This document shows, in pieces, positions 16,786-21,885 of a stretch of DNA of 21,885 nucleotides. The translations under genes were made by a program, and so were the position numbers. The notes under the pieces are model-generated. The model was given only the letters and a program-made list of their open reading frames with translations. It ran no database searches and was not told the DNA's origin. The stretch is from Nitrospinota bacterium (GTDB lineage Bacteria > Nitrospinota > Nitrospinia > Nitrospinales > VA-1), in contig JAYNIA010000032.1 of the NCBI GenBank assembly GCA_038108555.1, positions 8,866 through 30,750 on the forward strand, written 5' to 3'. Within the stretch, counting starts at the first letter, position 1, and every line of letters starts with the position of its first letter.

Positions 16786-17958
16786 TCAAGCCCCGGCCGG
16801 CTGCTTCTCAATGGGATTGGGTTTTGGATTGATCATATTCTTCTTGGTGAGAATATCGATCAGGTTTTTATCCCGGCAGGAAGTAGCAATATCAATCAAA
16901 CCATCTCCATTAAAGTCTCCAATTGCCATTCCCTGGGGATGCTCGTCTACATGATGAAAAATAGGTGGATAGGTAAAAGTACCATCCCCCCTTCCCAGTT
17001 CGACCGAAATCAGATCATCGGTTGAATTTGAAACGGCAATGTCTTCCAGCCCGTCTCCGGTAAAATCTGCAGCCACTACAAATTTCGGAAAATTTCCAGA
17101 TGCAAAGTCACGCAAACTGGTAAAGGTCTTGTCTTTATTATTTATAAGTGTCGTCAACGCGTGAAGGGAATTGCTGGAAGTTACCAGGTCCATATAACCA
17201 TCGTTATTGACATCAATATTCACAACCGTGAGCGGCTGTTTTCCCCCTTTAAATACTTTTGAGGTTTCAAATTGCCCATCGCCCTTACCCCATAAGACCT
17301 GTACGCCTGTATTGCCTGACCCGGCAAGGCCAACAGCAATATCAATTTTGTTATCCTTATCATAATCACCGACAACTATTCCTGTAGGCTGGCCATTCAC
17401 ATCAATCTTGGCCGGCTCCCCAAAAAATCCGTTCCCTTTCCCAAGCAAAATCATAACCTGGAAATATCGCATGGTAACTGCGATATCAGGGTTGCCATCG
17501 TCATTAAAATCACCGGATATCATGTTAATGGGAATTTTGCCTGGCTTTAAGGTTTGTTTTGTTTTCTGAAAACTTCCCAGTCGGGTATTCAAAAAGATTT
17601 CGACGGTCTGATCTGCATAATTTAGAACGGCAATGTCTTTATAACCGTCTTTATTAAAATCATTGGATACCAGGCAGATGGGATCGCGTCCGGTTTTATA
17701 AACCAGTTGTTCATTGAATTCTCCGTCTCCCAGTCCCTTATAAAAAGAAAAGGAATGTCCACCACTATTTGCCACAACAAGATCGAGAATTTTATCGCGG
17801 TTAAAATCGTCAGTGATCAGGAAAGAAGGCTCGCGCCCGGTTTCAAGGGTATTGCTCAACACAAAAATGCGCGGCATTTTTTTCCTGGGTTTGGGAGGCG
17901 GGCAGCCAAATAAAACAAAAACCAGCAGCAAACAAATTAAGGAATAGAATTTTTTCAT
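16786..17958 (-). CDS. FG-GAP/VCBS repeat lipoprotein (predicted 7-bladed, Ca-binding beta-propeller)
   Basis: Signal peptide MKKFYSLICLLLVFVLFG-C from ATG at 17958. Seven DxxxDxxxD[IL] repeats: DFNRDKILDL, DFNKDGYKDI, DFNDDGNPDI, DYDKDNKIDI, DVNNDGYMDL, DFTGDGLEDI, DFNGDGLIDI. Confidence 0.9.
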   Translation of the reverse strand: MKKFYSLICLLLVFVLFGCPPPKPRKKMPRIFVLSNTLETGREPSFLITDDFNRDKILDLVVANSGGHSFSFYKGLGDGEFNEQLVYKTGRDPICLVSNDFNKDGYKDIAVLNYADQTVEIFLNTRLGSFQKTKQTLKPGKIPINMISGDFNDDGNPDIAVTMRYFQVMILLGKGNGFFGEPAKIDVNGQPTGIVVGDYDKDNKIDIAVGLAGSGNTGVQVLWGKGDGQFETSKVFKGGKQPLTVVNIDVNNDGYMDLVTSSNSLHALTTLINNKDKTFTSLRDFASGNFPKFVVAADFTGDGLEDIAVSNSTDDLISVELGRGDGTFTYPPIFHHVDEHPQGMAIGDFNGDGLIDIATSCRDKNLIDILTKKNMINPKPNPIEKQPAGA

Positions 17959-18023
17959 AAATTTCTCAGGTTTAATCAAGAATAGCATAGGAAACTGCAT
18001 GAAACAATTCTAATAGCCTATAC

Positions 18024-19325
18024 TCAAACTGCCTGCCTGATATTCTCTATGGGAAGACTGGCTTTTTTGCGGAGTATGAAATGATCAAAAATTCGAGTCG
18101 CGAAATTAATGGCGAGGGAGGGAGATGCCGTTTCCAAAATAATTCGCTTATAAGAAAGATGGCCTGAAACACTATTAAACATGGCTTTCATAAAAGACTT
18201 GTCCGACGCGGCCAGGGAAATCATCTGGTCCATGAATTTAAGGTCGGTGGCAAGGTTCGTGAGGACACGAACAACACGGCCATAAGGCAAATCCTGGGTC
18301 AATTCCCAGCAGTCCTCATAAAAGTTTTCTTCAAACGCCTTCCTGGAAACTCCATGACGCATTATGGAACGGGCTGCAAAAGTACCTGTAAGTATTGCCG
18401 AGTTTATTCCCTTTTCTTTAAAGGGCCTTATTAATCCTGCCGCATCGCCAATCGTAACGTAACGATCTCCAAAAAGGTTTCGCGCCGGAGCAATAGGAAA
18501 CTTGCCTTTAAAATAGTTGAGAGGTTTTTCGCGACGCTTATGGGGAGGAAGGAACCGCTGCACGGGATCGGATCTTAAAAACTGCAACATCACTTGAGAT
18601 GTAACCTTGCGACCCGCAATGTTAATGGAAATATGATCCCCTTTTGGAGTCACGGCTCCAAACTCCAATCCCTTTTGCGACAGCAAAAATGCATGGATGG
18701 TGGACTCCATCCCGTCTATAAATTCCGAACCCGGGTAAAGCCGCGTAATAACCGTATTCAAAAAGTCCGGCTGCCGGTAGGGAGTTCCCTCCTCGAAGAT
18801 TTTGCAAGCCCCATCATCCAAACCAAAAGCACCAATCACCACTGCGCCTTTAAAATTTTCTCCATCGCTATAAACCATCACTTCATCCGGATGCACCTCT
18901 ATCCCCGTGACCCGATTATGCACAACGGTGGCACCGGCCTTTTCAGCCTCTTCCAACAAAAATGCATCGAACTTGGAGCGTTTGACCGAAAGGCTGCGAC
19001 CTTGTTCCTCTCCCTCCAGGTTCAAACTCAACCGGTCCGAATGCAGACAATAACCTTCTATCTCATTAAGAATTAAATGCTCTGGGATGGCGAGATCAAA
19101 TTCAGTTTTAAGAATGTCCTCAAGAGGGGGAGACAAAACACCGATGCATTGGTTGTAATGCCTGTGCTCGGAAAACTTTTTATGCTCGAAGATAACCACC
19201 TTAATGGGTTTATTCAAAGCCCGGGATTCTTTCAATAGGGCAATGGCACAACCTGCTCCACCCGGCCCACCGCCAACGATGCAAACCGTATCGCCTTCTT
19301 TTATCGGTTTCAAAATTTTGTTCAT
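18024..19325 (-). CDS. FAD-dependent oxidoreductase (geranylgeranyl reductase/FixC-like superfamily)
   Basis: VCIVGGGPGGAGCA dinucleotide-binding motif, RSKFDAFLLEEA, VIGAFG and TIGDAAG..RPF...GINSA. Confidence 0.85.
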   Translation of the reverse strand: MNKILKPIKEGDTVCIVGGGPGGAGCAIALLKESRALNKPIKVVIFEHKKFSEHRHYNQCIGVLSPPLEDILKTEFDLAIPEHLILNEIEGYCLHSDRLSLNLEGEEQGRSLSVKRSKFDAFLLEEAEKAGATVVHNRVTGIEVHPDEVMVYSDGENFKGAVVIGAFGLDDGACKIFEEGTPYRQPDFLNTVITRLYPGSEFIDGMESTIHAFLLSQKGLEFGAVTPKGDHISINIAGRKVTSQVMLQFLRSDPVQRFLPPHKRREKPLNYFKGKFPIAPARNLFGDRYVTIGDAAGLIRPFKEKGINSAILTGTFAARSIMRHGVSRKAFEENFYEDCWELTQDLPYGRVVRVLTNLATDLKFMDQMISLAASDKSFMKAMFNSVSGHLSYKRIILETASPSLAINFATRIFDHFILRKKASLPIENIRQAV

Positions 19326-19330
19326 AATTT

Positions 19331-20863
19331 TTAGTTTATGGCGGTTTCCAGACTCTGTTTCTTAAAATACTCCAGCATTCCCTTGAAGATATAGGAGTGG
19401 AAACTTGAAAGAACTATCCAGTAAATATTTCCCCAGAGAGATTTAGGAATAAAATGCGCCCTCAAAGTCAAACGGGTATTGTCTTGCGACTCCGGTTGAA
19501 GTTGAAACTGCAACCAGGACAATCCCGGTGTTATCATTTCCGCCCGCAATAATAGTTCCTGGTCGCGCTCAAGCCTTTCCACTCTCCAGAAATCCACTGT
19601 GTCCCCTACCCTCAAATGAGCCAAATCCCTTCTACCACGATGTAATCCCGCTCCCCCCAAAACTCGATCCATCCATCCACGAATTTTCCAAAGCAAATTG
19701 GCATGAATCCAACCGTGTTTTCCCCCAATTTTGCAAATATGGGGAAACACTTTTTCAGGTGGCACGGGGATACTTACATCATGCTCCTCAATGATGTATT
19801 CAGTGGATTCAAACTCTGCAAGAGGAAGAAGGTCGCCCATATTCAACGGCCTTCCATCACTCCAATGCGAAAAAACCATCGAATTTTTTTCCTTTTCCTG
19901 AGCCCACTTCACTGCAGTCTTAAAATCCAACGGCTCAAAAGGAAGAATGGAAGCAACATTATTGTCCGTACAAACCACATCGGTTCTCAGGCTGTTCAGT
20001 AATAAAGAAGTGATATTGACCGGAATAGAAATAAAGCAATGCAGCCAGCAGGCATAAACGCGGCACATCCACTGCACCGGAAAAGGAACCCAGGAAACAT
20101 CAATAAAACGTACATTGCGATTGAGGATTTTGGCAAACTTTAGAAGCATTTCTTTATAAGTCAAAATATCCTTGCAACCAATCTGGTAGATACTGGTCTC
20201 CAAACCAGGAGTTTCCATGACCCCTACGAGATATTTGATCACATCTCGAATCGCAATCGGCTGACAGCGTGAATTAAACTCAGGTAAAAATGGAATGAAC
20301 CGGTTATTTACGATCAAAGCTTTCATGAGCTCGTAAGACGCACTGCCGGTTCCAACAATGATTGCAGCACGTACACGGATTACAGGTACGCTGCCCTGAC
20401 TGAGAATGAATCCCACCTCCATGCGACTCTTTAAATGTGGCGACATCTGTTCTTTTTTCTCTCCCAGCCCTCCCAGATAAATTATTCTTTTTACCCCGCA
20501 ACGTTCCGCTGCATCCCGAAAATTCCCGGCGGCCTTTTGGTCTTTCTCAACAAACTCGGTATTCTTCTCCCTCATGCTGTGAATCAGGTAATAGGCATAG
20601 TCCACATCCTTAACAGCAGATTGAAGCTCTTCTTCGTTCAGGCAGTCGGCGTAAATTACTTCGAGGTTCGGGTGGGATAAAATAGGAGGAGTGCTGCTGT
20701 TCCGGTACATGCATCGAACGATATAGCCGCGAAACAAAAGCTCAGGAATAAGCCGGCGCGCAACATAACCACTCGCACCTGTAACCAAAACCCGGGTCCC
20801 CCTGGGCCAGGGTTGAGTGGTTAGATCGTCGGTATAATGGTAATTGACTTTTTCCGGATCCAT
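19331..20863 (-). CDS. Atypical SDR oxidoreductase with a C-terminal DUF2867 domain (YbjT-like)
   Basis: VLVTGASGYVA, AYYLIHSM, IIYLGGLG, SPHLKSR, IIVGTGSASYE and CQPIAIRDV. C-terminal IGG..GW...LWKIRGWMD..GG.GL.RGRR...GDTVDFWRVE...LRAEM..PG..WL. Confidence 0.9.
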   Translation of the reverse strand: MDPEKVNYHYTDDLTTQPWPRGTRVLVTGASGYVARRLIPELLFRGYIVRCMYRNSSTPPILSHPNLEVIYADCLNEEELQSAVKDVDYAYYLIHSMREKNTEFVEKDQKAAGNFRDAAERCGVKRIIYLGGLGEKKEQMSPHLKSRMEVGFILSQGSVPVIRVRAAIIVGTGSASYELMKALIVNNRFIPFLPEFNSRCQPIAIRDVIKYLVGVMETPGLETSIYQIGCKDILTYKEMLLKFAKILNRNVRFIDVSWVPFPVQWMCRVYACWLHCFISIPVNITSLLLNSLRTDVVCTDNNVASILPFEPLDFKTAVKWAQEKEKNSMVFSHWSDGRPLNMGDLLPLAEFESTEYIIEEHDVSIPVPPEKVFPHICKIGGKHGWIHANLLWKIRGWMDRVLGGAGLHRGRRDLAHLRVGDTVDFWRVERLERDQELLLRAEMITPGLSWLQFQLQPESQDNTRLTLRAHFIPKSLWGNIYWIVLSSFHSYIFKGMLEYFKKQSLETAIN

Positions 20864-20869
20864 ACCGGC

Positions 20870-20897
20870 AATATATCCCTAAACGGGCGAATCGCAA
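20870..20897 (-). promoter_or_regulatory. Sigma70-type promoter positioned for a leaderless SDR transcript
   Basis: Minus strand TTGCGA-N16-TATATT, then 6 nt, then ATG (20863). No SD sequence. Confidence 0.5.
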
Positions 20898-20966
20898 GGC
20901 AGGAACCCAAAAAGAGCCAAATTTTTATGGATACTTAATATAAATATAAGGAAAGGACCTACAAAC

Positions 20967-21013
20967 CCAGGACACATGCCAGACATTCTATTTTTCTCTG
21001 GCACGTCTCCTGG
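20967..21013 (-). terminator. Long hairpin downstream of nirC (terminator-like, or domain II of a structured RNA)
   Basis: 17-nt arms at 20967-20983 and 20997-21013 give 15 Watson-Crick pairs, one minus-strand G-U and one mismatch. Followed by GUUUG on the minus strand and TTTTT on the plus strand. Confidence 0.6.
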
Positions 21014-21017
21014 TTTT

Positions 21018-21118
21018 TCATCCGGGTCATGGCGTCGCGGCGACTTGAGCCGTCCGGGCCAGATTAAGCGGAGGGGGAGGAGGTCCCTCTAACTTAATCC
21101 GGCACATCACCCGGTTGA
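21018..21118 (-). ncRNA. Candidate structured RNA (three-way junction) with an anti-SD loop, in the nirC 3' region
   Basis: Outer stem 21018-21031/21105-21118 (12 of 14 paired). 11-bp stem 21058-21068/21093-21103 capped by GAGGG/CCCUC with loop ACCUCCUCC. Small hairpin at 21031-21051. Confidence 0.5.
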
Positions 21119-21126
21119 TAAAACGA

Positions 21127-21885
21127 TTATTCTTTTTGTTCGATCGGTTTCAATTCTTCAAGCTTGGTCTCCTGCGTTACCACTGAAAAGTTTGAATCGG
21201 CAAACACATAAGCCATACCCACCATTAATCCACCGCCCACCATATTGCCAGCGGTTACAAAAACCTGATTGTGAATAAATCCCGCTAACGAAACTTCAGC
21301 CCCGTGCGGTAAAAACATGGCCAGGCTCATCAACGACTGGTTGGCGATGCTATGTTCGTAACCACTGCCAATGAAGGCAAACAGACACCAGAAAATCATG
21401 ATCAACTTGGCAGTTTCATCGCCATTGCGATTAACAATCCACACCGCAAGGCAGACCAGCCAGTTACATAAGATTCCTCGGAAGAACGCTTCTTTCGCTC
21501 CGAGAGACATTTTCATTCCCGCAACTTTAACGATTAGGGACTGCGCCTCGGCTGAAAGAGAACCGCCCTGCACCACCAGCCACGCAAGCAAAACCGAACC
21601 GATCAGGTTGCCGATAAAGCAAAGGACGAACAGTTTCACAATAGGACCCATGCCCACCCGCTTCTTCAAGGCACCCACAGCAAAAATCATATTGTTGCCG
21701 GTAAACAGTTCAGAACCGGCAAAGATAACGAGGCTCAATGCCACACCGAAACTGAGTCCCATAATAAGCTTCATGAACGGTGCGAACTGTGTTCCCGCAA
21801 GCGGAGCCCCTACGGAAAAAATCAGTACGATTCCAAATCCCAAATACGCGCCTGCAAGAGCAGACAAAGCCACGTAACCCGGTGG
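21127..21885 (-). CDS. nirC: Formate/nitrite transporter family protein, NirC-like (5' end beyond the right edge)
   Basis: ALAGAYLGFG, AGSELFTGNN, GNLIGS, GILCNWLVCLAVW, FWCLFAFIGSGYEHSIAN and GNMVGG motifs. The frame stays open to 21885 (PPGYVALSA...), so GTG 21873 is probably not the start. Substrate (nitrite vs formate, cyanate or HS-) is inferred. Confidence 0.88.
   Translation of the reverse strand, partial: PPGYVALSALAGAYLGFGIVLIFSVGAPLAGTQFAPFMKLIMGLSFGVALSLVIFAGSELFTGNNMIFAVGALKKRVGMGPIVKLFVLCFIGNLIGSVLLAWLVVQGGSLSAEAQSLIVKVAGMKMSLGAKEAFFRGILCNWLVCLAVWIVNRNGDETAKLIMIFWCLFAFIGSGYEHSIANQSLMSLAMFLPHGAEVSLAGFIHNQVFVTAGNMVGGGLMVGMAYVFADSNFSVVTQETKLEELKPIEQKE

Noticed and set aside
16786..17900. 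Periodic DNA similarity suggesting a repeat array or CRISPR
   Set aside because: It reflects degenerate FG-GAP protein repeats. No identical repeat-spacer structure or cas genes were seen in the window.
20976..21092. 38-aa plus-strand ORF (MPDILFFSGTSPGFSSGSWRRGDLSRPGQIKRRGRRSL) with AGGA upstream
   Set aside because: Its composition is explained by the RNA stems, its start is buried in a hairpin, and the wobble pairs favour the opposite strand. It cannot be fully excluded without ribosome profiling.
21040..21103. HDV-like ribozyme (G-U-initiated helix, CCUCCUC loop, following GG)
   Set aside because: The required P3 and P2 pairings of the nested double pseudoknot cannot be formed.

Overview
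Gene-dense bacterial chromosomal window from a diderm organism. A marine nitrite-oxidiser-like (Nitrospina-type) origin is plausible but only inferred. The left part is housekeeping: 5' part of asnS (minus strand, runs off the edge, missing from the ORF track), a yggT-divIVA-DUF167-mtnA-nucleotidyltransferase operon, exbB-exbD-DUF3386, bamD-alternative sigma70-plsY, and tRNA-Gly(GCC)/tRNA-Cys(GCA) behind a consensus promoter. After the tRNAs come a coupled sialidase-fold + DUF115/Maf-like pair, a PilZ protein and ftsY. The most unusual locus is a three-gene operon at 12639-16785. It has two paralogous cobalamin-binding radical SAM enzymes, each fused to a C-terminal 'half GT9' (heptosyltransferase N-lobe-like) domain, flanking a stand-alone membrane-anchored copy of that domain. 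This operon and the PilZ gene both carry sigma28/FliA-like promoters with identical spacing, hinting at a motility-linked glycan-tailoring system. The right end has a minus-strand YbjT-like SDR / FAD oxidoreductase / seven-repeat FG-GAP lipoprotein operon and a truncated nirC-type transporter. Behind nirC lies a ~150-nt structured element displaying an anti-Shine-Dalgarno CCUCCUCC loop. No transposase, integrase or CRISPR array was seen. All family calls are by motif recognition, not database search.
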